Part shown: positions 1 to 19,197 of the stretch, piece after piece | How the letters are laid out: every line of letters begins with the position of its first letter | Position numbering within the stretch: the first letter of the stretch is position 1 | NCBI RefSeq assembly: GCF_009914755.1 | Contig: NC_060926.1 | Reading direction: 5' to 3' (one strand) | DNA from: the human T2T-CHM13v2.0 reference genome, Homo sapiens | DNA: 64,000 nt | Notes under the pieces: generated by a model | What the model saw: only the letters and a program-made list of their open reading frames with translations | What the model was told of the DNA's origin: nothing | Database searches by the model: none | Translations under genes and position numbers: made by a program

Positions 1-1253
1 GGGTGCACTTACAAAGTCCAGAGAAGCTTGCAGGGTGCTCCCAGGGCACTGACTGAGCAGGAGTGGGAAACAGGTTGCTAATTCTCTAGGCCCCTCCCTC
101 TGCCAGCAGAATCGGCTGCATTATGTTAGGGTCAAGTCACAGGAGGACACAGGACTCTCCCAAGCATGGCCTACCCCAACTCTAGGCTCTAGGCCCAGGG
201 GGCTCCACCTCCCTCCCCAAACACCTCATGCCCTAACGCTGGCTTCACTTTGACCTCTACACCCCTTTCTGTCATGGTCTGTCTGCTGGAATGCCCTTCA
301 TTTGTGTTATAAGGCCCAGTTCAATGTTCACCTCTCTAGGAAGACTTCTCTCCTCTCCCCAAATGAAGCATGAGCTACCCTCACCTCCTGCATACTCCTG
401 CAGCCCTTTGAACTCGGTTTTCACTTCTGTTTTTTTTGTTTGTCTGCTTGTCTTGCTGTTGCACCTCTCTCTACACTGAAGCTAAGATTCACCATTTTGC
501 TTCCTCCTAAGAATTCCTCTTACACCACAACCTCTCACCCTTTGTCCTTGAGTTTCTCAGACACCCAACTTGAATTCTCAGTGCAAATCTGGGAGTCAAT
601 GAAAGAGCAAGTTGGAGCTGTGAAATCACCCTCACCCCACCACCCATCCCTCTGCTGTAAAAAGAAATACATGCAAAATTGCTGAGAACAAGATCTGGAA
701 AACAGTAGGTGCTTAAATGAGGCTAATGGCTTCCCTTCTTTCTCATTGCAGGAAATACGAATCCTAACATGATGAATTCCCAAGTATTTTAAATGATAAT
801 AAAATATTTCCAGCTCAAGTAGATATTCAAATGAGAGCGATGTTGCTAAGAGCTGAGCCTTGGAAAAGGCCTGGAAAACGCTGCAGTAAAAACTCTCCGG
901 ACTTTCTCTGTGTATTCTCTAACTCAACTGGCAACATGAGCCACTAAATGATGCTAAAGACACAGGTTTCATTGCATTCTTGACTTTTTTGCTCTTCGGC
1001 CAAATGTCAGCGCCCCCAATTCACGGCTCCAAGAGGACCTGTCCGTGAGAGCACCAGCCCAGCCCCCACCTGTGTGAATGAAGAGACCCATGTATCCAGA
1101 AAACTACAAGTGACATGTGCAGAGTGACAGCGAGAGCCCTGATCACAGTTCCTGTTTCTGTCCAGGGCTGCTTGTACCACAACAGGCCATCAGATGGACG
1201 CTGTCCACAGTCTATTACGGCAAGGGGGCAGGAGGCCTGGTGGGAGCCGGTAA

Positions 1254-1868
<615 letters not shown>

Positions 1869-2847
1869 ACAAAGCCTCTTTAAGTTTACTTTTTTGGGGT
1901 TGACAGCAAGTTGTTCAATACAGCCCTTAAAATATTTATTATTTTAAGGAAAGTAGATGCATAGCTGTGATAACTTCAGCAAATAGTTTTAATTAAGCTG
2001 ATTTAATGAAAATCCAGTACAATTTTGATTTTTTAAAACATTTGTATATGTGTTATCTCCAACATACCTAACAATTCTCTGTGATTCTAACTCCAGCATC
2101 TTCTGAGGCTACAAGTGTCACTTTTAAACCAGTGAGTTACTGCAGGGAATTTAGTCAGCCCACCTGGTAACAGCCCATTCGCCATCTTCCAGTTGTGTTT
2201 TATCCTTTGTAAATGTCGTAATTTCCAGAACCTTACTCTGAACATTTTCAATATCTACTCAGTATACACTGAGGAATTTAATTAATTTTCATTTTGTTCA
2301 AAGTTAAAATTTAATGCAGTGCTCAGTTTAAAAATAAGATATGTATAAATTATAATTTAGCGTGCATTCTAAAGTGAATTATTACCTGGGGTTTATTAAA
2401 TAAGCTCCTTCTTTGGTATATGAAGGGAGGTATCAGTGGTCACATTTCACTCTGGGGAAGGAAAGGAAGATTGACTGAGGCCCAGCCAGGCACCAGACAG
2501 TGAGCCAGGTGTTTCCATGCCCCTCGCCTCCCTGAGCCTTGCAGTCATTCTGCGGGGTGGGCGTCTGTAGGAAGGAACGTGGGACCGTGTGATAATCTGG
2601 ACATTGCGCTTGCACCGGAATTTCTTCCTGCTGGTTTTTGTAGGTCTGTGTTTCCCAGCCATTCAGTGAGAGGCACGGGAGAGAGCGGACACACTGAGAA
2701 AGGCTGAACGGCTGGTCTTTTCTATTTAAGGGAATCTCAGAGCACATGCCATAAATTATCCTCTCCTCAGTTTTCTTGACGCACATGACGAGTCCTGAGT
2801 CAACCTTCAGGCTTGGTCCTGTGGCGGCATTGCTTGTGGACCACTGA

Positions 2848-3300
<453 letters not shown>

Positions 3301-3432
3301 TGATAAGGATGTTATTTTCCACAAAAAAATATTGTATACAATTATTAAATAAACAAAGGATTCTGGACAGTCACATCTCACTAAGCCACAAAACGGCCAC
3401 CCTGGGGTGTGCCCTTCCTCACAGTGCTTTTC

Positions 3433-3736
<304 letters not shown>

Positions 3737-4799
3737 ATGGTGCTTTTCCATGGCCACCGTGCCCTTCCCCAATCTCACAGGGGTGGCTGGGCTCCCACAC
3801 CAAGGCCTGGCCGCCTTCCTGACCTCCAGCTTTCTTTTTGGCTAATCTTCCCAATCCACAAATAGTTGCATCTTAAGAATAGAGCACGGTTCTCGTCCTC
3901 AGTTTGACATACTAAACTACTGGCAAAGATGTATTCTTGGGACAGCTTTTTAAAGTCTGTCTGCAAGCAGCACCAAGATTAAATGCATCTCCCCAGCCTG
4001 AATGGGGATGGCATTTTTCACAAAGAGTGGTCCTGCAGGCCAAGGAGATCACAGCTTGAACTGAACACCTGTCAGTCGGTCTAGACAGCAACTGCTCTAA
4101 TTTTGGAAGTGCAGGCGATCCGTAAAGCCAGCAAGCGGGGATGACTTTAGCTTCATCTATTGTGGACACAATTAAGTAAGTGAGATATATTTATGAATTC
4201 AAAACAGCTTCGTCATTCTTTAAAATCGGAGTTGAAAATCCAAACCGGAACTATTCATATGGTTTCTCCTTTTAAGTTACAAGGTTTCCTATCATGTATA
4301 TGAATGAAATATAGTTTACCAAGTGAGAATAGTTTCTTTGTATTTAATTAGAAAATGACAGCATTTTGGTGGTGGTGAACAGTCAACACAGATCGTCTAA
4401 CGGAATCCTTTCCTTCACTTTTGTTTCTCTGTATTCCGAGTTTTCTTGTTTGTAATCCTATTGCTGTCTTCATTAGAATATAGAAATGCTTCTATCTTGG
4501 CCTGACATTCACTTCTAGCTGCATTATGGGTGTGATTTAAGAAAAAAAAACAAAACAGTTAACTAGGAGACTGTGTTCCTTCCCACACTGTGCCCATGGA
4601 GGCAGCACATATGTTAACTCTTTCTAGTTTTGGACGAGAGTGGGTGAATATGATACGTATTGCTGGCCAAATTCTGTGGATTTTTTTTAGCACAGTGCAT
4701 TGATCTAACAAATATCTTCTTACAGTTGTACAATGCTTTGGTAGGTAGAAAGAGTAACAACCTATCATTTTATACCAAAAGGGAATTTTTACATTTTAA

Positions 4800-5150
4800 A
4801 AAAGCACCGTTGTGAATATAGAATGGAATATTATACAGCCAGTAAAATGAGGTTTATAAAATAAGGTATGTACATTTGCATTTAAAATAATAGAAAATAT
4901 TCTTACTTCTAAAATTATTTGAACACTAAAAATACAAAATGTTCTGTAACTATCCCTAGTTGAGATATCATACAGAATTACATAATGTTTATATGAGATT
5001 ATAAATGTGCATGTATATCTTTCTCGTTGTCTCCATTTATAAACAGTGATTGTTTCTAGTAGGAAGATCAGGGTAACTTTTACTTTAAAAAATGTGTTCT
5101 ATAGTTTCTGAATTTTGGTGAGGCGTCTTATTTTTAAAAGCAAAATATTC
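4800..5150 (+). mobile_element. Ancient L1ME/MC 3' fragment
   Basis: aatggaatattatacagcc and other degenerate L1M 3'-end motifs. Confidence 0.45.
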
Positions 5151-5734
5151 TTCAAAATTTTATTTCCAATAAAATATATTTATTTCAGCAGCCCCATGGG
5201 CAATAAAGGAAAAAAGCAATATTGCCTAGTTTTCTAATTCTGAAGATATTTTAGCCTTTCAGTTTTTCCAAATAATAATTCATGTGTAATACAAGGGAGA
5301 GATATTTCCCAACAGGTTTAGGAAAGCCTTTTTTTCCCATGACTTGTGACTTTCCAAATTATCTACAAAACGCAGAGCAGAGGGAAGAATGGAAGCTCCC
5401 ATTGCCATAAAGATGTTCCTGCTTCACACTCTACTATACTTTGGCATATTATAAGCAGCTACGATGAATGAATTGATGTTCTGTCTTGTTGCCACAACAA
5501 TTAGTCAAAAAGTGAAAGGCTCAGTCAGTTCAGTACGCAAGACCTTGGATGCCACTCAGGAGCCCTGCATGAGGAGAAAGGAAGGTGCAGGGAAACTTCA
5601 TTGTACCCACCAGACGGCCCGAGAACCATCTCACTGCATTGCACCGAAGCATGTTTGCCTAAGACTTTCACAACCATAATTATTTCCTTTTGAAGGTAGA
5701 CATTGGTTTCCTAAGGATTTGAACCGATTAACTA

Positions 5735-5803
5735 TTAGCCTGGTGCAAAAGTCATTGCGGCTTTTGCCATTGCTTTTAGTGCAATTACTTTGCACCAACC
5801 TAA
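5735..5803. mobile_element. MADE1 (Hsmar1-derived mariner MITE), right arm partly deleted
   Basis: ttagcctggtgcaaaagtcattgcgg ... gcaattactttgcaccaacctaa TIRs; TA at left flank. Confidence 0.9.
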
Positions 5804-6451
5804 CAGTTGCATGAATATGCACATCTCACCTTAACAAGCCAAGTTCCTCTAACTTGCTTTCTCTGTTTCCCAGATAGCTACCCAAATCAAACAAACCCTG
5901 TATCCTTGACCTGTGTATGTTGTTTTGCTTTGCTTTTCATTTTTGAAAAACTGTACTCTTGTGCATGACAGAAAATGCATGATAGAGGTGCATGATGGAA
6001 AGTCTTTCAAATATGCCCCCATAGAATCTGACCCAGCACTCCCTTCATCCCTGCCCGTAGTGGCTGAGGTTACAATCCTGCCCTCTCCTCTCTGCGTCTG
6101 CTTTAATCCACCATCAGCTGTAAGGAAGGAAATTAGTACGGGGAGAGAGAAGAATGAACACTCTGTAATTGTTACAATACACTAACAGTAATATTGTGAC
6201 AAACAGTTCAGTGCTGTAATTCAGTGCCTCCAAACACTCAAGTATAGTTGAGAATAAGATCTGCATTTCTTCAAGAGCTAACAAAATGATTTAGGGCATC
6301 CCAGGCCTCGAGCACTCTAGGTGCTCAATAATTGTGTATTCAGGGAATTATCTCTAATATGTTTTTCAATAAAGCTCGTTATATACCTGTTGTGAAATGT
6401 CCTTTTCTTTAATCAATCATATTTATTTCAAATCATGAGTTACAAAGAAAT

Positions 6452-6588
6452 TTCTGGTGCAGTGGTTCACACCTATAACCCCAGCACTTTGGGAGGCTAA
6501 GGCAGGAGGGTTGCTTGAGGCCAGGAATTTGAGACCAGCCTGGACATCATAGTGAGATCCCATCTCTACCAAAAAAACAAAAAAAAAA
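6452..6588 (+). mobile_element. FLAM_C / Alu left monomer
   Basis: Left-monomer sequence (ggagggttgcttgaggccagg) followed by an A tail. Confidence 0.85.
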
Positions 6589-7184
6589 TCAAGTGGACCA
6601 GAGTATATACATGACACAGCAATCAGGTTAAATCAGAAGAGTCCCTTTAAAAATCAAAGTAAATTTTCCCAAATACATTTTATTAAAGAGAATGGAGTAA
6701 ACCATGAATAAGGTTGTTAGAAGATTCCAAATTTAAAATGCAAGCAAGTTCCTCAGAAACAAAAGTATACTGCTAACTCACCCACCTTTTACAATATGTA
6801 TTTTCCAGTACAACATAGCCCAGTGAAGACTGCATTTAGAATGGCAGTTATAATGCTATATGAAAAAAATAGAATAATTGTGGAATTTTTTGCATTTAAT
6901 GCTGTTTTTAAAGTAAAGAACATTCAATAGCAAGAGCTAAATCAAGCATTGTACCACGTAAGCTATAGAGTAGGCAATCTTCAAACGAGCTCTGAACTAT
7001 ATTGTTAAATATCATTTGAAGTATTTATATGTTAATTTTCCTATAAAGGTATATAAAGGTAGAAAAAGATAAATTAGATGCAGTATTAGAATCAACAACA
7101 CAACAACAAAAACTACTGAAAACGCTCTTTTGTCTAGATTGAAAAATACTTTCTAAATACACTTAAAATTTAGGTCCTTATTAA

Positions 7185-7595
<411 letters not shown>

Positions 7596-7889
7596 TGAAT
7601 GCTAAGTCTTCCCCAACTACTGCCATGTCAGTTCAGCCTGGCACTTATATTTTATTATACAGTTTTCTGGAAAATACCTTAAACCATGTCAGAATAGTAA
7701 CTCATATATCAGAGCTGGCATAACTCCAGCAGTAGCACTGAGAACACTGCAAATATCGCAAATTTGTTGCCTCATCCTGGGCATGATAAACCCAGTTGAG
7801 GTAGTGAGGTTGGTGCAGATCCTAACTAAATGTGGGAAAGAGGACCCTCTCCCTAACCTTTAAATCCTTATGTAAAGTTTGCTATCTTG

Positions 7890-8205
7890 TACAAAGCATG
7901 TTATCCTTATTATAAAAATTATACCTACTCATGTAAAAATTTATTGGAAAATAAAAAAGAGACAGAAAGAAGAAAACCTTGCCTTTAGTACTCAGGTCCT
8001 TTCCTTTTAAAACCACATTGGAATCATACTGTATACAATTTCATATTTAGTTGATCTTTTAATTTAACATTATATCTTTAGCATTCCTTATGATATTAAA
8101 TGTCCTCTGTGGACATAAATCACAATGCATATAACTATTCCCCTACCCTTGGACACTTAAGTGGTTATCAATCTTTTGAGATAATAAATAGCATTACGGT
8201 GAATG
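7890..8205 (-). mobile_element. Ancient L1ME 3' fragment
   Basis: Degenerate antisense L1ME motifs (ggaatcatactgtatac, ttggacacttaagtggttatc). Confidence 0.5.
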
Positions 8206-9609
8206 ATAACAGAAATGTTATATTACACCATCAAATTAAAAGCACAGCACGACATGCAACCAGGCACAATTCAATCTGAATCTAATTGATTTTAGACGGC
8301 AAGATTATTACAAATCCTGGGTGCATGCATTCAATTTTTCATGATCCAAAAATGTAATAAGTGTGGCTTTGAATGTCTTCCCTGATGTCACTGATCAAGT
8401 TGCTGGAAGGTAGAAAGCAAAGAATGGACCATGACACTTCACCAGGGTTTCACCAGATTCATTTAAATACATTAACCAACGTGTCAAAAACCCGCCTTCC
8501 TCTTGTAACAACCAGCTCATACTTTCCCTTCCTGTACATGAGCACGTAATAAACATTTTCTCAAAAAGCTGATGGAAAGCTAGGTAATGGTGTGAACATC
8601 ACTTTCACAATGATCAAAAAAAATGACCTATATTCAGCATGGAGGAAATGTCTTTCAATTCCTAATGATCACCTTTTTATTTATACGTGCTCATTTATAA
8701 GCCGTCAGCCAACATAGATCACTTTATGCTTCCGCTTGGAAAAGGGAAAAAATAAAAGAAAAGAAAAGAAGTACAAGACCAAAATAACAGTGGCCTATCA
8801 AAGAGAAGTTTATCTCCCCTGCAGGCTAACAATCCTCTTTGGTTAGCTCAGAATTTCAGGATGCCCTGCCCTTATGTCCCCACCTTGCCTATAAGTGCTT
8901 CTGCACAAGAAGCAGGGAAGAGTGGGCTCAGAGTCACCGCCCCCACCCCAGCAAGTGAGGGATTTCACCCAGGACTGACATGCATCTCCTGGCTCTACTC
9001 TCTGGGTTATTACCAAAGCAAATCACAGGCCCACAGTGAACTTTGAAGAAGGCAGAACACACTTCTCCCATGACTCTGATTGTTGACAGAACCAGATATT
9101 GGCGAAAAGCTCATGCCTACCATACAGCTGTAGAATCAGCAGTGCCTCTTCCTGTCTACAGACACTCAGATTTCTTTTTTTCTACTCAATAAAGGAGCAG
9201 TTGGCTCCCCTGTGCTGGTGTGGTCTCAGCTACATGGTTGCTCAAATACTCCCAATGGTGGTTCAAGGCCAGGTATTTTAGTATTGTATTGACCTTGACA
9301 GTAATAAATCAACTTTTGGAGACAAGGAATGAGTTCATGAGTTACCCTTTATCTTGGTTGCAGAGCAATGGATGTTTTAGGAAGGGGTTCTGGAGCATAA
9401 TGGAACTCAGTCCCCAGCTGTGCATCACAATTAGATGGATGGTGTTGGAAAATATCACCTCTGTCAGGTAGAAAAGGACTACAGGTCACCGTGTACGGTG
9501 AAATGAAGATCAGCTGTTGATTATCTGAAAGCATGCTTTCCTTCTCTGTAATTCCCCTAAGTAATATTCTCTGAGGACTATATGACTTCCTCAAGGAGTC
9601 ATAATAATA

Positions 9610-10180
9610 ATATTCCTAATCACAATAAAAACAAAGACTTATATAGTCATATTATTAGATGCCAGGCACTGTTCCAAGTACATTGCACATACATAGACTC
9701 TCTGCATCCGTGGGTTCCACATCTGTGATTCAACCAACTGTGGGTTGAAAATATTCAGGAAAAAAAAAATCTGTACTGAATGTGTACAGACTTTCTTTTA
9801 CTTGCCATTATTCCCTAAACTGTACAGTATAACAACTATTTACATAGCATTTACATTGCATTAGGTATTATAAGCAATCTAGAGATGATTTAAAGTATAC
9901 GGGAGGATGTGCGTAGGTTATATGCAAATACTATACCATTTTAAATCACAGACTTGAGCATCTGAGGATTTGGGTATCTTCAGAGAATCCCAAAATCAAT
10001 CCTCCATATATTGATCAACATTTTGAGATAAGTACTATTGTGTGCTCCATTGCAGATAAGGAAACTGAGGCACAGGGAAGTAAATGAACGTGCCCAAAAC
10101 CACACAGCTAGAAAGTAGGGGAGACAAGATTCAGACCATAGCCATTTGGCTTCAGAGACTCTGATCTCTTTCACTGTACC
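9610..10180 (-). mobile_element. MIR interrupted by MER2
   Basis: MIR halves at about 9610-9692 and 10010-10180 (gcagataaggaaactgaggcacag) flank MER2. Confidence 0.7.
9693..10005. mobile_element. MER2 (Tigger-family DNA transposon)
   Basis: atccgtgggttccacatctg and tacatagcatttacattgcattaggtattataagcaatctagagatgatttaaagtatacgggagg match MER2. Confidence 0.88.
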
Positions 10181-11539
10181 AGGATGCCTTCAGCAGGTTG
10201 TTGATACCTCTCAAGAGAAACACAGAAGGGACACTGTTTCCATCTACAGATGCAGACCTAGCCCAAGGTCACCACTTGTAAGCACCAAAGCAGGATTTGA
10301 ACCTGGGGTGAATGCAACTCCACAGCCAAGGGTGTTTCCACTCTGCCAAGCTGCTGCTAGCATTACTACCCTAAGACATCAGACCAAGTCCTTTTTTCTG
10401 GTTACATTTCTGTCAGTAGACACACTTCATTTCTTCTCCCACAGCCTCTTTCATTTCATTTGATGTCACTCTTCAGCCCTCTTATAAAGAGCTTGCAATC
10501 TCCAGACAGTGGCTTCCTTGGATCATGCAAATATTGCTTATTGCCTTTGACCTTGCTTTGAAGACTTCTTTGTCTACAGTGGATGTTTAGCTCTCCTTGG
10601 GGAAGCTATTTAATTCAGACCTTCTCCCCTAAAGAAACACGAATCCCTGAAAGCCGACACTCAGATTTCCTGTTACTGAGTTCTATAATCCCCAAGTGAT
10701 TATTTGCCCTTGAGATTTCGTAGCAGGCTTAACCTTGAGCTCAGCAGATAAAAGCCTGCCTTTTCCCAAGGGAGGTCTGCCCTCAGCAGCACCTTCCACA
10801 TGGGAAGAGAGGAGGATCAGCCATGCTTCTTCTCCATTGGCAGCTGGAAAGTGGGATGGGTTGGAAAGAACAGGACAGAAGGTAGTTGGTCTCCTTAGGA
10901 CAAAACACCTCAGAGCAGGCTCATGGCAGTGAAAGATGACGGCAGTGACCAAGCTGATCTGAGACTATGATGAGCCGAGCATTAACTGATTGACTTTTGA
11001 CCCATGTTTTACCTAATATGTCTTTTTCCTCGTTGAAATTTAGAGCTACTGCCATCTTTAGAAGCTTTTGATGAATATGCAGGATTGCTGGAAGCTAAGC
11101 AGCGTAATTGAATTTGCAACTATTTGCTACAGGACTATAATTTAATGGGAGCATAATAATTTACTAAATACCATTACAGTGGCATCACATCCTGTTCATC
11201 AAAAAAATGAAAAAGATATATGCAGCAATGTTTCTTTATTATTCATGGTAGCTTTTTATAGAGAGGTTACCTCTAGAGTAGAATGGGTGTTATCATTTTA
11301 GCTTCCAGATTCAAATATTCTAAAACTACGTCAAATCCTACTACCTCCAAATTCAATCCATTCAAAATCTAGTACCAGCAAATTGAAGCCGTTTCTAAAT
11401 GTCTCCTTTCAAATAGCATATCCACCACATAGTTTGCAGCTATGCAAAATACCTTCTATTTTTGTAAAGCAATAAATAATAAGAATTATATGTTGAGGTT
11501 CAACTATGTACCAATTATATGGAGCTGGATGCATTAGGG

Positions 11540-11542
<3 letters not shown>

Positions 11543-11576
<34 letters not shown>
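11543..11576. repeat. (TG)n microsatellite
   Basis: About 17 TG units. Confidence 0.95.
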
Positions 11577-11578
<2 letters not shown>

Positions 11579-11589
11579 CTAATCTGAAC

Positions 11590-11730
11590 AAAGGTTCTAC
11601 GATGACAGTATTATCATCTCTATATATTTAGAGATGATAAAATAAAAGTTCAGAGAGAATCAAGGTCACCCACTTAGCTAGGTGAGGAAGCCAAGCTCGG
11701 GACCTAGCTTTCTCTGACACTGCAACAGCC
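11590..11730 (-). mobile_element. MIR fragment
   Basis: attatcatctc ... cagagagaatcaaggtcacccac MIR core. Confidence 0.55.
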
Positions 11731-13859
11731 TGCTTCTGTGAGATTTCTCCAGTGTAGATAAAACAGCAAGTATTTTCCAAGATGATGCATGAACTCACTC
11801 CAACTGGTGACTTCCTGCCAGCGTTACTGATTAATGACTAAAATAATGGTGCTCTGAAAACAAAAATGGTAAACCAGCCAAGGCAACAGGCCACCTCCCC
11901 CCTCTAAGCACCTGGGGAGGGGTGAACTTCTTCTGTTTTCCTCACTCCAAGCTAGGAATTCTAAGGTTTCTGTAGGGGAACCACTTACTACAAGAAGCAG
12001 CCATTTCTGGTCAATATCCCCCTGTGTTAACACTTAAAGAAATACATACTCTCAAAACAGAATCACTGGGAATTTTCATTTTCTCATTTTCCCCCAGAAT
12101 CGGGAGCACTCTAAAGACCTGCTCCTGTTTTTGTGACAGACTTAGCATGAGTTCCATGGGACTCTGCCTGAACAGCATGTTTGGGAAGAATGCTCTCTTC
12201 TCTGCCCATGGTTATCGAGCTTTCTCACAACTTTCCTCGACTCCCTTTCCCGACAGGCCTCAGCCTAGAAAAACTAAAGGCCAGATCTTTGGAGGCAAAG
12301 GAAGCATATTTGGAATAGTGCCCATCTCCAGTCACAGCCGGAGTCACACGAGTTGCATGCACGAGGATTCAAGGCCACCTGGAGTAATTCACATCACCTA
12401 AAGTTTCTCAGGCCATGCCAACTTGGTATTAGAAATGGGGTCTGGAAGAAGAAACATGAGGTCACATCATCAGGAAAAGTTGCTGCTCCAGTGATTGCTT
12501 CGATTCCACAAAGCTAGAATTATATCCCCCTGAAAAATTCTCTTCTTACCAGAAGATCTCAGGGGAGATCTTATATGAGCTTTCATGAGAAAATCCTGTC
12601 AACCATGTTTAGCCACCACTGTCTTCCTCTCCAGAACCAAACACCCCTTATGGTAACACCGTGGGAACCTGCTCAAAAATGGCCTAAAAGCCCCATGTCA
12701 CGGCCTCTGGGGTCAGTGAGTCCCGAAGTCTACCCCAGCTACAGCCCAGCAGTCAGGGCATTACGGGTAATACATGGAAAGACACAGTTTCCAAACTCCT
12801 TCACATCCGACTTTGGCGCTAAGCATTTCTCCAGTAACAAAGCCACCGCCATCCCGCCCCGTGCGCCGGCCCCACCCAGAAAGGAACATTTCATGCTCAT
12901 TAGTCTCCACTGCAAATCCATTCTCCCACGTCGTCTCCAGCAGGCACAGACATCCCCACCTCCAGCAGCTCCTTCGTGCACACAGTCTGTGTCTCTGATC
13001 TCTGAAACACACCACAACACGTGCACACGTTGCTCCTCATCTGCCCTCGCCCGTTTTCCATGCCACCATGCGGGTCAGTTCACTTCCGCTCCAGCATTCC
13101 CACCGCCCTTAGTACTGGACACTGCTTCTTGAGGCCAGCATTGCTCCATGCATTCTCACAAGGGGTTCTGAGGCAGTTGGCATCCCTGGGGACCCACACC
13201 GTGAGTGGGAGAATGCCCCTGGCCCACCTGAAGTTGCTCTTCAGCAGAGCCTCCGGAGCCTGGCTGCTGGGGCTGGGGAGGCCCTGACTACCCACCACGT
13301 GGTGCAGGAAAGGCCTAGAGGCTGCAGCATGGGAGAACTTCCCACACAGGCAACACGCCGTCCCCTCTTCTCTCTTGCACAGTTCCTGCTTTACCAAGAC
13401 CATCCTAGAAGGCAGTGGGATGAGGACAGGAGACCAGCACAAACAGCAAAGGGAAGGACAAGGACCCGGATATGGGTGACGCTGCAGAAACGGAGACGGA
13501 GCAGAGGCCAAGCGTATTGTGGGGAAGCATAAACTACCTAGCCTGTGTTCTGCTGTTGATGTGTTGTGTGCTGCCAGGCAAGTTGTTTAATTTTATATCC
13601 TCAGTTTCCCCATCAGTGGCATGACAGGGACGACTCTCAGATCCAATATAGCTCTGGCAGTGCAGGACCTTGAGGCCTCAAGTAAGATAACGTGAATCAC
13701 ATGTGGGGTGGATGGGGTGGGATAGTCTCATTTCATGGCAAAGAGATGTTTTGAAGGATGCTGACATTGTGGTGTTAATGAAGGATGCCACTGGCATTGT
13801 GTAAAGACACAGAACCAGGAGGGGCAGGGTTCAGGGAGGAATTTAATATGAAACTTGAA

Positions 13860-14313
13860 CCCAGACATAGTCTCAAGCATAAATAGAAATTTAATAGTGA
13901 AAAATGTGGCTTTCCAAATCAACGGAAAATAATTCTTCAGTAAATGATGTCAGACAAGTATTTGGGAAATGGGAGAGGAAGTCAAGATCTTTAGCCCCTT
14001 TCTTATGCCAGCATTTTTCTAGCAGGATCACAGATTAAAACATAAAAATCATAAAACAAAAGAAACACACTAGAAGAAAATGTGAGTGATATTTTATAAC
14101 CTTTAGGCACAGAAAGACTTTCTAAAAATGCCTGAATAATAAGATGCACACATAAAGGAAGAATGACATATTTAGCTTCAAATACAGGTTTTATGTATAT
14201 AAATATGTTTACACAACAGTAAAACAACAAACATTTTAAGACAAATGGCAAAGTAGAAAAAGTGTTTTCAAGGCATATGCTAACAAAGAATTGATGTCTA
14301 CGCTATACAAAGA
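13860..14313 (+). mobile_element. Old L1M ORF2 3' fragment
   Basis: ctagaagaaaatgtgagtgatattttataacctttagg, aaagaattgatgtctac. Confidence 0.6.
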
Positions 14314-17832
<3,519 letters not shown>

Positions 17833-18408
17833 ATTGAAACTGAAGTAAAATTTAAAGAACATTTGAAATACACTTAAATGAAAGATTTTTTTCAAAATAC
17901 AAAACTAACTTGCTTTATATAAAACTCTAGTGCATACTACACTTATATAAAAGTAGACAAAGAAATCTGCATGAGTTTACAATGGCAAATCACTAAACAA
18001 AATATAACATATGGTTCAAGTTAAAAAAAAGAAACAGCAAGCCACAAAATGATACCGATATCAACTAACTTAATGGCATATAAAAACAAAAATTCATCAC
18101 TATTAAACACACACACACACACCCCAAATTGTAGCAAACAACAACATGACATTCACAATATCTAGCATCCAATAAAAACTTACCAGGCCTGCAAAAAAGC
18201 TTAAGTTTTTCCATAACCAAAAGCAAAAATAATAGAAACAGACACAGACATGACAGATAAGAAAGAACTAGCTAAAATGTTAAAAAGCGAATATAACTTT
18301 ATGCCATATGTTCAAGAAGGTAGAAGAAAATATGACCATTATGAGGAGGGAAATAAAATATATATTTTTAAAATCCAAATGAAACTTGGAGAAATGTTTT
18401 AAAAACTT

Positions 18409-18622
18409 CAGCCTGAGCAACATGGCAAAACCCCATCTTTAAAAAAACACAAACATTAGCCGGGTGTGGTGGCACACGCCAGTAGTCACAGCTACTCGGG
18501 AGGCTCGGCAAGAAAATCACTTGAGCCCTGAAGGTCCGAGAGCCATGATGGTAGCACAGCACTCCAGCCTGGGCAACAGAGTGAGACTGTCAAAAAAAAA
18601 AAAAGAAAGGAAGAAAGAAAGA
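18409..18622 (+). mobile_element. 5'-truncated AluJ-like
   Basis: Starts at cagcctgagcaacatggc; right arm has AluJ-like gagccatgat; A tail. Confidence 0.8.
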
Positions 18623-18934
18623 AAACCTAAATAAAATATAAGCACACCTGATTAAAAGCAGATTAAACACGAATAAGGAGAGATAGGTGAATTTAAGGAA
18701 ATAGCAGTAGAAACTATCCAAAATTAAAAAGAAAAAAAGAGGGAATAAAAAGTGAAAAACTGGTCGTAAGTGACTTACGGGACAGTGACAAGGCTTTTTT
18801 GTTACCAAATTTGATGAAAACTAGAAATCTGAAGTTCTTAAAAGCTAAACTAGCTCAAGCAAAAAGCACAAAAAAAAAGGCATGCAAAGTCACATATTTC
18901 TGAAAACTACAAACTAGTAAGAAAAGGAAATCTT

Positions 18935-19197
18935 TAATCCCAGCACTTTGGGAGACCGAGGCAGTTGGGTCACCTGAGATCAGGAGTTGAAGACCAGCGT
19001 GCCCAACATGGTGAAACCCCATTTCTACTAAAAATGCAAAAATTAGCTGGGCGTGGTGGTGAACGCCTGTAATCCCAGTTACCCTGGAGGCTGAGGCGGC
19101 AGAATAGCAGAGGTGGCAGTGAGCCAGTGAGCCAAAGGGTCATGCCATTTGCACTCCAGCCTGGGAGACCGGAGTGAAACTCTGTCTAAAAAAAAAG
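18935..19197 (+). mobile_element. AluS, slightly 5'-truncated
   Basis: Dimeric Alu; approximate TSD aaa(a/g)gaaatctt. Confidence 0.88.

Noticed and set aside
12575-13511. Overlapping 143-185 aa ORFs in a GC-rich stretch
   Set aside because: They occur on both strands with low-information composition and no recognisable homology or exon structure
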